A stretch of DNA of 64,000 nucleotides, taken from contig CM119372.1 of the NCBI GenBank assembly GCA_051294905.1, positions 35,590,001 to 35,654,000 of the forward strand. Reading direction: 5' to 3'. This DNA is from Botryllus schlosseri (taxonomy: Eukaryota). The position numbers and the translations under genes were made by a program. The notes below the pieces were generated by a model. That model was not told the DNA's origin, made no database searches, and saw only the letters and a program-made list of their open reading frames with translations. Shown piece by piece: positions 39,001-52,249 of the stretch. Each line of letters opens with the position of its first letter. The first letter of the stretch is position 1.

Positions 39001-39902
39001 GCACGAGATCGTCAAGGTATGTCGCTGAATGACTGTCTACTCAAGGGGCCTAACTTGTTACCCGACATTGCGTCTGTGTTACTGCGTTTTCGTACTCACA
39101 GGATTGCGCTCAGCGGGGATATCAAAAAGATGTTTTGCCAAACGGGGGTTGTTCCCGATCATCAAAGGTTCCAGTTATACCTTTGGCGTAATTGTGACTC
39201 TACTCGACCGCCCGATGTTTATGTTATGACCCGGGTGATGTTCGGCATTACCTCTAGTCCCCCAGTAAACACAGTACAGACCAAAGATGTAGAAAGCCGA
39301 GCCCGATATAGTAGATATTAGATCTCGGCAGGTCGTAGAAAGGGGGATTTTGTGTCGACTCAATTCAATGTCTTTTCCATGTCCTTCAATAATGTAAATA
39401 TTATGCAGATGCTACAGCCTTTAAACATGGTGAGTGGAATGTAGATCCTACATTAGAAGAAGATCCTGATATAATAACCTGTTTTCCACCACTGGGCATA
39501 ACCTGATCACGGCTGCGTACACACACCACATTATCTACTACATATTAATCACATTTGTGTTAATTTAATTGTAAACGAATTGGCAATAATGCCGTTGTAA
39601 AAAATGAAATGAACAAACGAACGAATGCCCGAAGAAAGAAACTGAAAACAGTCCGTATCATCAGGTTTCATCTTCTGATGAGCTGGATAAATAACCCTGC
39701 GGCCTTTTCTTTTCAACACCCTGCAGAAATAAAATGGAAATGACGATTAATAGCTAAGACATTCGTACTGCGAAAATGGCAGAGGTAGCGAGTAACGAAT
39801 GACTCCTACATTTTTTTCGCCCATACTTACTAAAATGGATTTGATTCTGAACTATTTCCACTCAAGTTTTCAAGTTTTATTATTATATTTTTCAATATTA
39901 TA

Positions 39903-40321
39903 TGACTAGAGAACTGACTTCAATCGCCACTTCTACTTGATTATCAAGATCAACGATGACTACTTCAGCACTCTTTGAAAACAGCCACTAACACAAAAAG
40001 AATTCTTGACTAGAGAACTGACTTCAATCGCCACTTCTACTTGTTTATCAAGATCAACGATGACTACTTAAGCACTCTCTGAAAACAGCCACTAACAAAA
40101 AAAGAATTCTTGACTAGAGAACTGACTTCAATCGCCACTTCTACTTGTTTATCAAGATCAACGATGACTACTTAGGAATCTTTGAAAACAGCCACTAACA
40201 CAAAGAATTCTTGACTAGAGAACTGACTTCAATCGCCACTTCTACTTGATTATCAAGATCAACGATGACTACTTCAGCAATCTTTGAAAACAGCCATTAA
40301 CACAAAAGGAATTCTTGACTA
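39903..40321. repeat. Minisatellite, ~4 copies of a 101-104-bp unit
   Basis: Unit TGACTAGAGAACTGACTTCAATCGCCAC...GAATTCT starts at 39903, 40007, 40111 and 40212. Confidence 0.95.
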
Positions 40322-42178
40322 AAATTTCTTCACATTCTGTCAGAAATGATCAATTCAACAATCCAAATGAATCAGTTATTTGGCAGCTAGTTGGAGAGAT
40401 ACATACTCAAGTCTAGAAAGCGGAATGATACTCTGCCTGGAAAGCTGAAGACCTAACAATATTGTGTACAGAGAAGAAAACATTTGAGTGGCGGCACTGG
40501 TATAGACATTAACAAATTATTAGAATTGACAGCAAGATAACCAGCAAGACATTAAAATGTGAATTAGTGCAGTTTCTTAGGCTGTAGTGATACTCAGCCA
40601 GTAATTGACCTAGCAGAGAGCAAAACGTTGTAAAAAAAGCGAGCGAAACCTCGGACAAATAATACGATAAAACATTAGAATCGACAGTCTTACTAGAAGC
40701 AGAATAACAATCATGAGGGGTTAGAGAACAGAAGCCCGGGAAGTGACCATCAGAAATTACTGCATACTGGCCGAACAAATCCATGACCACTAACAAATGG
40801 TCTTTTAATAGTCAATATTGATACCAAATGACACCACCCCTATTTCACCGCAACATTTAGCAAATACAGCGCTGGAGTCAACCTTATAAAGCGCTAACCA
40901 AACGCCCATTAGTTTTCCCACCTACTACTTCGCGCTTCGCGGATGGAAATACGCATTAAAGCGAATGGACGCGACTTGTCACACTCTTGCTATTTCTGCT
41001 CCCTTTTTCTCTTCCTTCCTCTTGAGGAGAGAAACAGTCGGCCACGTTTACGGATCGTGAATTCCCGGCTTAAGGGTGATTCTTCCTCCAATGGTCAGCA
41101 CCTTGAAAATTGAGAACAATGTTGTTGCAAAATGCATGACAATTTGAAAGTTACATCATTCTAATTATTCCAGTTATGGCCGTGAATCGTTACAAGTGCG
41201 GTAACCATAAGAATTATTACTATACTTCAACTACAAATACAATATATTGTATAAAATAATTACTAATTCTTTTACGTTGATCGAGTCCCAAATGGATGAA
41301 ATATGTCAAAGAGTTTGCTAAATTTTTTTGTATAATTTGACAGATTCCGAAATCTTCTCAAAGTGCACCTTTCAAAAATTTGATATCAAGACTCCCAACA
41401 TTTTACAATTCGAAGTTGGATGGCTTAACCAATACAAGCGAACAGTTTGTATCGCAATTGACAATTATGTAGAGAACGCTGCGAGACATGTGAGTAGGCC
41501 TACCCTAAAACGTTTCTGACATGGACATTAGGGCTCTTAAAAAATGACTTTTTTTCTCAAATCGTTCTGGCTACTTGATAAAATTGTTAGGTTACCTAAT
41601 TCAAGCCTACACACCAAATTTGGTTCAATTCCAACCAGTAACCGCATTGCTACAGGAAAAGAAACTTTCTATTTATTATATAAAAATAAATAGAAAAAGT
41701 TTGAAAATTTTCTGTTCACCCCATGAAAGTGTTAGGTTATGTATGGAAACGATGTTCATCAAATTTGGTTCGATTCAAACAAGTGGAAACGGAGTTATTG
41801 CCATCGAAAAATTCGGATTTTAATAAAATAGTATTTACGGTGGGCACCACTATAACAAATAATTAAAGAATTGTGTCACGCTGTCATACTGTTTTACGCA
41901 ACCGTTGTTATGCACTGCATTGTTGCTGTGTTCTGGCTCCATTGTTGTTATTTCTAAATTCGACATTAATGCGTCATAATTCTCCATCTGGTTTTGAATT
42001 CAACTCTGTTTTGCTTCCTTTATCGTGCCGGTAGCTCTTTATTAGGCACGCGAAAAGTTCTTCGGGTTTCAATAACGTTTATCATGAAGGTACTTTTGAA
42101 AGCAGTATTAAAATTTTGTACCACCAACCAGTTATTTAATTACTATTTATCTTCAAAGTAAATGCTCATTGCATGAAG

Positions 42179-42665
42179 CAGGGTTGTAAGACTCGAGTCA
42201 GGATTTTCTGTTGACTCGACTTGACTCAGGTCATCTTCTCAAAGTACTGAAATGACTCGACTCATTGCGCATGACTTGAGACTCAGACGGCCAAGACCGA
42301 CATTTCATGATTATTTCAAAGAATAGTACAGCAAATCGCTATTGGGATTTCGTTTATTGATACTGGTATTTGAAAATGCGGCCAGAAACTGCTAAAAGTA
42401 AGGAAAAATCGTATATTAAAAATGCGACCCACTCCATATCACAAAAAATGTATAAAAAGTTGGTTTAACAAGACTTAAATTGGAAACTGAGCAGCTAACA
42501 CAATGACTCTGGCTCGAGTCATAATACCATAACTCGGACTCGGCCCTCTGCTCGCTGACTTGGACTCGGACTTGACTCGGTGGTGAATTGAAAATGACTC
42601 GAGTCAAAACTATAAAAGTGAGATTGACTTGCGACTCGGAGCCCTGTGACTTGGTTACAACCCTG
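42179..42665. mobile_element. hAT MITE with GACTCG repeats
   Basis: TIRs CAGGGTTGTAA...TTACAACCCTG; perfect TSD GCATGAAG. Confidence 0.9.
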
Positions 42666-43498
42666 GCATGAAGCCTCAATAGTTACATGAGTGGGGTGAC
42701 TAGACAAAGAACACAGTGACATTTGCAGCATATCATGAATGATGAAAGCGTATTTCCCATTCTTTCCGACTCTGCTAAAATTTCACCAGACTGGCAACCT
42801 TCTTCATGATGCTTTTTGCTGACTGACCAATATTGTCGCCGCCAACGGTAAGAGTGCAAATGTCTGATATGTCAATATAGGAACAGAATTAGTTGACTGT
42901 TCATGACCGTCCACGTTCAGAGTTACATTTCAAAGATGCTAAAATAAGCCTAAATATAATCCAAGCAATACGATCGTCCACTTTGACTGACTGAATTTCT
43001 AAAAATAATAAACATGACACCTTGATAGCTTCCACATCTTACGTTTATATATACCGTCTGCTATCGGCAAGCATTTGAAAATAACAAAACAGATTCAACA
43101 TACCACATCTCTTGCAAAGGCTTTTGCTTTCATTCAATATGTCATCAGACTTCTTTAAATCCTCCTTTGTGGTGAGTGGCTTCGTTTTATCATATACAAT
43201 CTATGGCGGAATAAAAGTTTCGGATAAGTTCTAAAACGAACACAATTTTCCACACAAAAGTCAATTGCCACACGAAATACCAAATGCTACGGTCCAATTT
43301 TACAAGGTATGGCGAGGTAACGTAGTGGTACCCTCCATTATAGCTAAACACCAATGAATTGCGAGTTCGAGCCTGACACGTCGACTCCATAATTCCTACC
43401 GAAGTGTTGGCCGTTTATCTAGGCTCCTCCTCGCCATCTGATCCGCATAGCCATGTCTTAAAAAGCCTAGGAGTGGGCCGTGCTATAAGTGGGCAGAT

Positions 43499-44357
43499 GG
43501 TTGCCGATGAACTCGACACTTGGTGAATTCGGCCCTCGGGAAATTTTGTAAGAAGTGTATTAACAGCTATTAATATGAATTATTAAACTAATAATAGTAT
43601 TATCAAGTGATTCGTCAATCTTGTAAGGAGGTCAGGGCATCCGTAGATCACGCAGTCACGGCGTGATTAGATCACGGATTGCGTAGCCGCGGGAAATAAC
43701 GCAGCGCTCATATACCGACCACGCGCGGTCTGCTTGGAATCGATGGCGTGAGTGACGGGCCTGTGTCGTGTAAGTTTTGAGAAGATGGATCTTGGCGTTG
43801 TATGTGAGATCGAAACTGTGGAAGATCAAGCGGCGCTTCTTCGTTTATCGATCACGACAAGCCAGTGTTCCTCATCAACCAATGTTTCGCATGATCACGT
43901 CAAAATAATTTATTTTTTGCCTTTGAAGAGACGATTCCACTCTGGGGTGAGGGTGTCTCGATAACAGGGTTGAAGGATCCCAAGATTACGAGATCTACCG
44001 CGAGCCACGACACGTTTAAATTTCCTTTTTGATACTGTTCATTCATATTAAATGCATTTCTAATGCGAAGGTGTTCTAGTGCCAATTCCTCCAAGGGCCG
44101 AGTTCACCAAGTGAAGAGCGTCGCGTTATTTCCCGCGATTACGCAATCTGTGATCTAATCACGCCGTGACTGTGTGATCTACGCATGCCCTGACCCCCGT
44201 ACAACATTGACAACCACTCAAAGTGCCAAGTTCACCGGCAAACATTCCAGTAACCAATCATGGTGACCGGTACCGCTACGAGATCTACCACGGCCGAATT
44301 CACCAAGTGCCGAGTTTGTGCGGCCGAATTCACTAAGTGCTGAGTTCACTGGTAATC
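43499..44357. mobile_element. MITE with 8-bp TSD and internal inverted repeats (Merlin-like, tentative)
   Basis: TSD GGGCAGAT on both sides; imperfect TIRs GGTTGCCGATGAACTC / GAGTTCACTGGTAATC; internal IR ~43615-43705 vs ~44120-44210. Confidence 0.7.
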
Positions 44358-45344
44358 GGGCAGATACGGAATGATAATAATAAGAACCGGCCTAGTGTAA
44401 AATGACCAGTGTAGTCGAACCACCACCATGAACACCACAAACAAACAAACAAACATCTAACATGAAAAAGAAATTACCTTTGCAGCCTCTGACAAACACA
44501 GTTACCATTGAAATCAGCAATTTAGGTCTTATTCGAAAGCAGAATAACAGCTGTTTTAGCGGACATATCAAATCAAATGTTGGAAAGTTCATGTAAATTA
44601 GCCCAAAATATTATCTTACTGTGACCATATTCTATCAATATGGTCTGGCTAGCCAAATTCTCTGGGCCAACATAAACAAGCTGTGTTTGGTTTCAACGAT
44701 TATTAATCTTGTCACTGGATTCGAGGTATAATTGCACTCAAATATCAAATTTTGCTCCATTAATCAACATCAAGTTGAAAATGTCCATTCTTGCACCAAC
44801 TTGTATAAAATCACGAATCAGTGTTCCACAGGTATGTATCTATATGACTTATATACCTAGAAAATTCAAGCATAAATATTATGATATACCGTAGGTATAT
44901 AGGTACCGGTAATTCAGATGTTTGAAGCGACTTGGACAACTAGATAATTATAGTGGTCCAATTTCACTAAATTAGAGCGAAATGCCAGCAATATAATTGT
45001 AATCTAATTCGGGAAAAACGGTTTAGCTCTAATTCTAGCCTGGAAAAGCTGAAACTTTTCTATAGTTGTCTTCACCTGTTTGCAGAAAGTCAAACAGCTC
45101 TAGGCGTCATCTACTATACAGGCAATTCGAAATACCCCGTAAGCTATATGCTACTGCGTATATACCTTTAACCCGCTACCTCAGTCAGTCACAATTCCTA
45201 TATATTTACGGCATTTACCATACAGAAAGAGCGAACTATACCTGGCTGCGACCTGTTGCGCGTCAAATCTTTGTCCGGCGCGATGACGTAAAATTTGAAT
45301 CGCCGAAATATTCTAGAAGTCACGCATCGATAATCATTTTCCTA

Positions 45345-46718
45345 AACGTACAACATCTCATTGAGCTCATTGACTCTAAAAATGTTGCCACTGGCGTGTT
45401 TTTAGATCTGAAAAAGGCATTCGACTGTGTCATTCATTCCAAACTAGTTGACAAACTTGAATTCTATGGTATACGTGGACTTGCAAAAATGTATTTCGAA
45501 TCTCACTTAAAAAATAGGAAACAATTTGTTCATATTGGAACAACGCGTTCACAATTACTACCCATACAGACTGGTGTACCTCAGGGATCCGTTCTCGGGC
45601 CCCTGCTGTTCATAATTTACATCAATGATATTGGTCATTTAATTGACAATGACATCACACTGTTTGCTGACGACACCAGCCTAGTTATACCCGGTAAAAA
45701 TTTATCTGATGCATTTGACAACATTAACACTAAGCTATCGACAGTGTCAAAATGGATGGCATCTAACCAACTTCAGCTCAATGCCTCCAAAACCAAAACT
45801 CTCGTATTTCATACACAAGTGAATCGCAGTAGAATTATAGTAAATAACGCACATCTTGATACACATAAAACTGTTAAATATCTTGGCATTATCATTGATG
45901 ATAAACTCGGATGGTCTGATCATATCAACAATATAAAAACTAAAATCTCGCGTGGTGTCGGGGCTCTCTATCGCCTTAAAAATTTAATTCCTCATCAAAC
46001 TCTCAGATCAGTCTACTATGCCTTAATTCACTGCTATCTCATTTATGGGATCCTAGTTTGGGGACCTGCTGCGAAAAAACATCTGCAGAAATTGCAAGTC
46101 TTGCAAAATCGAGCCATACGAATTCTCTGTCGGAAATCTAGATATGAGAATTGTAATAGCATGTATCGTAGCGTTAGAATATTGAAAGTGGAAGACATTT
46201 TCAAATTTGAGGTAATGAAATTCATGCATAGCTATCATCAGGGTGAACTGCCACTATATTTTGATAATCTGTTCAAGATACCTTCAGATACCCACCAACA
46301 TCATACCAGATTTTCTTCTAACTTGTCTCTGTCTGTGCAACACCACTCTACCAGTCTAGTGCAAAATTCAATCAGTTTTATTGATGTCAATGTTTGGAAT
46401 AAGCTGCCACCTAATCTCCGCAATTTAGACTCTTGTGCTTTCAAAAAACAATGTTTTGAATCTCTTATCTCTAACTACCGCTAAATTGTATTTGCGTTGT
46501 ATTTCAAATTGGTCCATGATACTGTGTCTTATTTTCCCTTTCGTTCGTTAGTTTATTTTAATTTTTTTTTCATTAGTTATCGACTGTGAAAATTGCTCCT
46601 GTCCCGGGTGGCTCGGCTCTGAAGACTTTGTCATATCGAGCCTCCCGTCTACCTTGCATGTCGCATTTCACTGTAACATTTTTGTAGCGTTATGTTGATA
46701 TGTAATGTATACGAATAA

Positions 46719-46745
<27 letters not shown>
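45345..46745 (+). mobile_element. 5'-truncated CR1/L2-group LINE: open RT C-terminal ORF (to 46484), 3' UTR and (TC)n tail
   Basis: FLDLKKAFDCV, GVPQGSVLGPLLFIIYIND, LFADDT, KYLGIIID motifs; AATAAAGATTCTCTCTC tail. The first ~90 aa of ORF 45066 are read-in from flanking DNA. Confidence 0.9.
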
Positions 46746-46750
<5 letters not shown>

Positions 46751-47588
46751 TTATTTAGTTATTCTCTGAATAAAACTATTAGCCATACTCGTTGAACATG
46801 CGAGATTACCGAAAGAGCGAATATATATATAATGAAGATCATATATATCAGAAGAAAACAAAACTGATCGACCTTAGAGCAACAACACGAATATACAACA
46901 CCGGTGACATCCTCACGCAATAAAACGAAGGGAGAACATTGTTTTCTAATTGATAGAACGAAGCTACCGCATGAGATCGAACAAAACCGGATAGGAATTC
47001 ATCGTGATTGAATGTACCGACAAAGTCATCCCCTCTACGTATTTTAGTCATACCAACGAGAGATAGAAAATTTGCATTATTAGGTTAACTACCTTATATA
47101 ACGAAGCCTAATGCATGAGATGGAACAACACCGAGTATGAATTTATTCTGATTGAATATAACCACAATACCATCCTACTACGTATTTTAGACATTCCCTC
47201 GACACTTGGAAAATCAGAACCTAATCGAGATGATCCCGGATGATCCTTTTACGGTTTTGTGTTTGCTGGGGGCCGTTTCTAGTAATTCAGACCATTCTGC
47301 ATCACTCTCGTTTGCAGAGAGGGGATGCTGAAATTTCAAACATAATTGAAAGAAACATGGACGTAGACGATGTGCATCTTGGTGGTGATAACGTCGACGA
47401 AGTACTCGCATTGCAGCGCCGATTAGTTGATTTTTTTCGGGCAGGTGGATGGACACTAGTCAAGTTCGGATCGAATAGCCGGGACTTGATCGAAAAAATC
47501 CCGCAGAACGCGAGATTGCCGGACTGTGAACTGGATTTGGACGATGCTAAGTGTGGCGAAGCTTCTTCGTTAGGGCTGAAATGGCATA

Positions 47589-48550
47589 GGGGAGATGTGG
47601 TACCGATGGATCACTGGGACCGAAAATACTTTGAAAATTCTCTATGATAATTCCATGATTACATTCTGTGAACTTGTCTACAATTGCATGCTGGCAAAAT
47701 CTTTCCTCTCATACAAAAAAATTCGACGTGTGCGAGCCATGGGGTCTCTCACAGATGTTTTTTGTTTTGGGGGGTGTAAAGTAAATTTAGATCGACACAT
47801 ACATTTTTCTTTGTAACCTTCAACACGAACAAACCAGCAATCATTTTTATTGTGAAGTTTAGGGCTTGTATCAGGCTGTATATTGGCACCTATTATTTTT
47901 TTCAGTACTTTCCTTGAGTGGAAATTTTTTCGATTCATGTATAAACTTCGTAGGGTGGGGACTGATGATACAATAGCCAAATCAAGCAAAATAATCAAGC
48001 ATACTAATCATGAAACAAATGAAACATGCCTACGTACAGAAGATATTTATGTAATAATTGCATATGATGTTTTATCGCTATAACGAGGTATTTGGAAGTC
48101 ACACAGTCGACTTTCGGGCAATGTGTATGTACCCTAAAATTCATAGGTCCGAGCACAAATCGAAACGTGATTTTATGACAACATTTGAGTTAATATTTAT
48201 TCTATGTTTTGACGGTTGCGATCAAACATTCTACTTTGGCTTCCTGTAGCTTAGATTATAATACTGAGCAAGAAAAGTTGTCACATCTGAGTTTTTTAGG
48301 GAATGTGTGTCATAGGTCCCCGGGTCGTGTGCCATTGGACCCACCCGGTGGGGACCGATGACACGTTCGAGCAACGAATTTTGAACGTCGATAAATATTT
48401 TTCGAAAAGACGGATATTCATGTATATGTGCGCGATAGGTAGAGCTTGTATCGAAGTGCTGCGCCAGCAAAAGATCTGCACTTTTCGGCTGAACATTTTG
48501 GGGCCAGCGATCATTTTCCAGTTTTTGATCCATCGGTACCACATCTCCCC
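47589..48550. mobile_element. Non-autonomous DNA transposon with 25-bp TIR and TA TSD
   Basis: GGGGAGATGTGGTACCGATGGATCA...TGATCCATCGGTACCACATCTCCCC, flanked by TA; removal restores LGLKWH-TLNDLMY. Confidence 0.9.
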
Positions 48551-49820
48551 TACTCTTAATGACCTGATGTATTGTAATGTGACTCCAAAACTCTGCGAGC
48601 AAGACAAATTGGTTACTAAAAGAACCATGCTCAGCAAAGTCAGTCAAATTTACGATGTTTTCGGATATTTTGCAGCCTTTGTACTTCGCGTCAAGATTCT
48701 TCTTCAGGATTTGTGGAGGAAGAAATTGGATTGGAACGATGAAGTCGATGAAGTCACAGCCGCCAAGTACCGTCGATGGACAGAAGAACTGTCCGCGCTT
48801 GAATCTATAAAGATACCAAGGTATCTATTCGTTGGGCTTCGGCGTTTGAAGAATATTCAGCTTCACGGATTCGCCGATGCTTCTGAAGCTGCTTACGGCG
48901 CCGTCGTATACATCAGAGCCACGGACGAGGAAGGTACAGTAGTGATTCGTTACCTGATGTCGAAAACGAGAGTCGCTCCTTTGAAAGCTATGTCCGTTGC
49001 GCGACTAGAACTAATGTCAGCAAATTGCCTCGCTAAACTAGTTCTGTATTGCTTAGACGCTTGGTCCTCGGTTCTAACTGTCGACAACATTTATTTGTGG
49101 TTAGACTCGGAGATTGCTCTTGCCTGGCTCGCCAAACCGAGTACATACTGGAAAACCTTCGTGAGAAATTGAGTGCAGGAAATACATGATCTCGTCTCGC
49201 CGGACGCCTGGCGTCATTGCCCCGGTTGCGAGAATCCAGCAGACCTACACAGTCGCGGCATGAGTCTACACGACTTGAAGTCGAGTAGCGTATATTGGTA
49301 TGGACCGCATTGGTTAATTGAGGATGAGTCATGTTGGCCAACCAAAATTCTCCCTAACAATATGACTCTTGACGCCCCATTGTTGGATAGAGCAAATAAT
49401 GTCCTTGTCGCTCAAATTAAAGATTCGGTTCCATTTTTTGAGAAAGATTACCGCGACTTCAACAAGATCGTTCGTATCACCGCGAGAATTCTTCGTTGGA
49501 AGAATCGCAACTTTTCGACATTGGACCCACATTGCAACGACGACCTAATTGGACCGAATGAATACAATCTTGCTAAAGATCACTTATGGCGCCTTGTCCA
49601 GAGATCCGAATTCGCGCGCGACTTCGACGATCTTCAAAGTGGTAAAGACGTGTCGCGTAAGTGCATATTTATCAACATGGACCCTCAGTACGATGATGAT
49701 CGCAAATTGATTGTAGCAGGAAATCGTTTGCTACTATCCGATTTACCGGAGTCCGCTAAACATCCCGTAATACTTCCTTCAAAACATTCTCTCGTCGAAA
49801 AATTCATCTTGTATGTTCAT

Positions 49821-50426
49821 TAGGGTTGTTCAAAAAAAACTTTTTTTTCCAAATCTCACTCGCCTACTGACTAAATCGTCATGTTGTCCAAGAAAACGAT
49901 GCACACCAAATTTGACTCAATTCTAACCAGTCACGGCCGTGCAATCTTGAATTGAAATTTTTCATTTATTAAAAAAAATAAAAAAATAAAAAATCTCAAA
50001 TTTTTCTGTCAACCCCATGAAATTGTTGAGCTGTCTTCAAAGACGATGCAAAACAAATTTGAGTCAATTCCGACCAGTAGAAGCGGAGTTATTCGCGTTT
50101 TTCGTTGATATTTGTCGGATTATCCTTGAGCCGGGGATTATCAACGAAAAACTCAAATAGCTCCGCTTCTACTAGTCGGAATTGACTAAAATTTGTTTTG
50201 CATCGTCTTTGAAGACTGCTCAACAATTTCATGGGGTTGACAGAAAAATTTGAGAAATTTTTTTTTTAATTTTTTTAATAAATTAAAAATTTCAATTCAA
50301 GATTGCACGGCCATGACTGGTTGGAATTGAGTCAAATTTGGTGTGCATCGTTTTCTTGGACAACCTGACGATTTAGTCAGTAGGCGAGTGAGATTTGGAA
50401 AAAAAAGTTTTTTTTGAACAACCCTA
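49821..50426. mobile_element. Almost fully palindromic 606-bp hAT MITE
   Basis: TAGGGTTGTTCAAAAA...TTTTTGAACAACCCTA with ~300-bp inverted arms; perfect TSD ATGTTCAT; removal restores YVH-ATNCH. Confidence 0.93.
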
Positions 50427-50968
50427 ATGTTCATGCTACGAATTGTCACTCTCCACAAGATACCACTATTGCGATCGTCCGCGAATGTTACAGTTTCATT
50501 CATATTCGAGGCGAAGTAAGGCGAGTCCTACGTAAATGTATCACATGTCGACATTGGCGCACGAAACCCTTGACCCAGAAAATGGGAATATTGCCCCCAG
50601 AAAGAATTCGTGAAGCTCCTGCATTTTCAGAAGTGGGTCATGATTTCACGGGTCCCGTTTATATCGACACTGGTACGAAAACCATGCAGAAGGCGTACAT
50701 CTGTCTATTTACCTGTCCTCACAGTAGGATGGTTCATTTTGAATTAACGAACAGTATGTCGACTGAAGAGTTTTTAGCTGCCTTGAGACGCATGATGAAC
50801 CGAAGAGGTTGGTGCAGAGAGATAATCAGCGAAAACCAGAAAACTTTCAAGAAGGCCGAGAAGATCATCGGACTATCCATCCGTGCGTTATTCAAAGGCA
50901 CTGCCGATAACGAAAAATTGCAGAAGTTCATGACTGACAACGGTATTCACTGGAAATACATAGTAGAG

Positions 50969-52249
50969 CAGGGGTTCTCAACTTTCCTTGCATAACGGGC
51001 CGCATCTTAACAGCAAAAACCGCTGCGGGCCGCAGAACATTATTACGGTATATTTGTGGACTACTATTATATTTAGGCTAATATAACCTATTTACCAGTC
51101 GCATATGGGCATTTAGTACATTTGTATGTATTCTACAGCATTAATGGACGGCGTTCATAAGCTTTCAGTTGCTGTTTCTATTGAGATTATGTCATCTTCC
51201 GACGGAACAAGTAAATCCCTTCATGAAGCGTGCATTGCATTCGTTCACAAGTCGGTATGTGCACCTTCAAACCCTTGCACCAGAGAACTGAACTCCCTGT
51301 TTCAATGCGTTAGCGAATAAGTATAAAATTACGGTAACTTTTTCGTTACAGAGGCCATTGTCACTTTGAGCTCTCAGTGATATGAGAAGAAGTCTCATGT
51401 TCGGGGTAATTTCTGAGCAAACCAATCAACCCTTCTCCTTTCCTTCCATGGCTGATGCCCGGCACCAATAGTTACAGAAGTCAGCTTTGACAAGTTGATG
51501 TTGTTTGCTAGTCCCCTCTCCCCACGTTTGCCCGGCCAGCATTACGTCTACAAATATATCGACTCCGATAAAATACTCCAATACAATTGGCGTTGCAATG
51601 TCCGTGGATTTTATCCAATACTAGGTTAAAGTAGTCTACGCGGCAACGTGTTTCAAAATATGCGACAAAAGATCAACTGACATTGCTGTTACTCTTCTTG
51701 TCACGGTCGAATCAGACAACTGCAGCTTCGAAAATTGTTAGGTGAAGTTGTCCTTGCTACTAAATTCCGGAAGCAGCGGAGATTCGCACAGTATAGTAAC
51801 GTTTTGTTGAAAACACACCCTTTCTAGCAGATTTCATGGGTTTAGCGATATACCAAGCAATTTTGAACCATTCGTCTTTAACGTCGTCGGCAATCTCAAC
51901 AATGCCTCGAAATATGGATTGCTGGGCCTGAGACCTAGCTAGCAACGCTTTTTTCTAAGATCAGGTGATATGTATAACTCCAGATGGAACTGCCCGAATA
52001 GGCGAAGACCTATTCAAAGCAATAAGAAATCTAAACTCAACCATATATCAAGAAACCAGAACACATTGAAGAATGAGAATAAATCAAACGAAACAGAGAC
52101 GATGCGATAAGAGAGCTTAAGTATAGCAAATTAGTATGTAACAATACTGTGCCGGCAGTAATTGCGATCATATTGAAAGATCTCGCGGGCCGCAGAATAA
52201 GCGTCTGCGGGCCGCATGCGGCCCGCGGGCCGCGGGTTGAGAACCCCTG
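50969..52249. mobile_element. hAT Charlie-type non-autonomous element inserted in the BEL integrase
   Basis: TIRs CAGGGGTTCTCAAC...GTTGAGAACCCCTG; perfect TSD TAGTAGAG; GCGGGCCGC subterminal repeats; removal restores WKYIVE-RAPHRG. Confidence 0.93.

Larger units (their letters stand above)
39261..47272. mobile_element. ~8-kb composite DNA transposon with CCCAG termini (CMC/EnSpm-like) inserted in the BEL RT
   Basis: CCCAGTAAACACA...TGTGTTTGCTGGG inverted termini; removal restores MFGITSS-PFLVIQTIL; left boundary ambiguous (39259 or 39261) because of C5/G5 runs. Confidence 0.8.

Noticed and set aside
36211..39321. 1036-aa ORF as a complete protein
   Set aside because: The last ~20 aa are read-through into the inserted transposon; the true frame resumes at 47273.
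39903..40321. Regularly spaced repeats as a CRISPR array
   Set aside because: Whole ~104-bp units repeat with no unique spacers, there are no cas genes, and the context is eukaryotic; it is a minisatellite.
45066..46484. RT ORF as a retron, group II intron or DGR RT, or as part of the BEL pol
   Set aside because: Motifs and the AATAAA-(TC)n tail are those of a 5'-truncated CR1/L2-group LINE.
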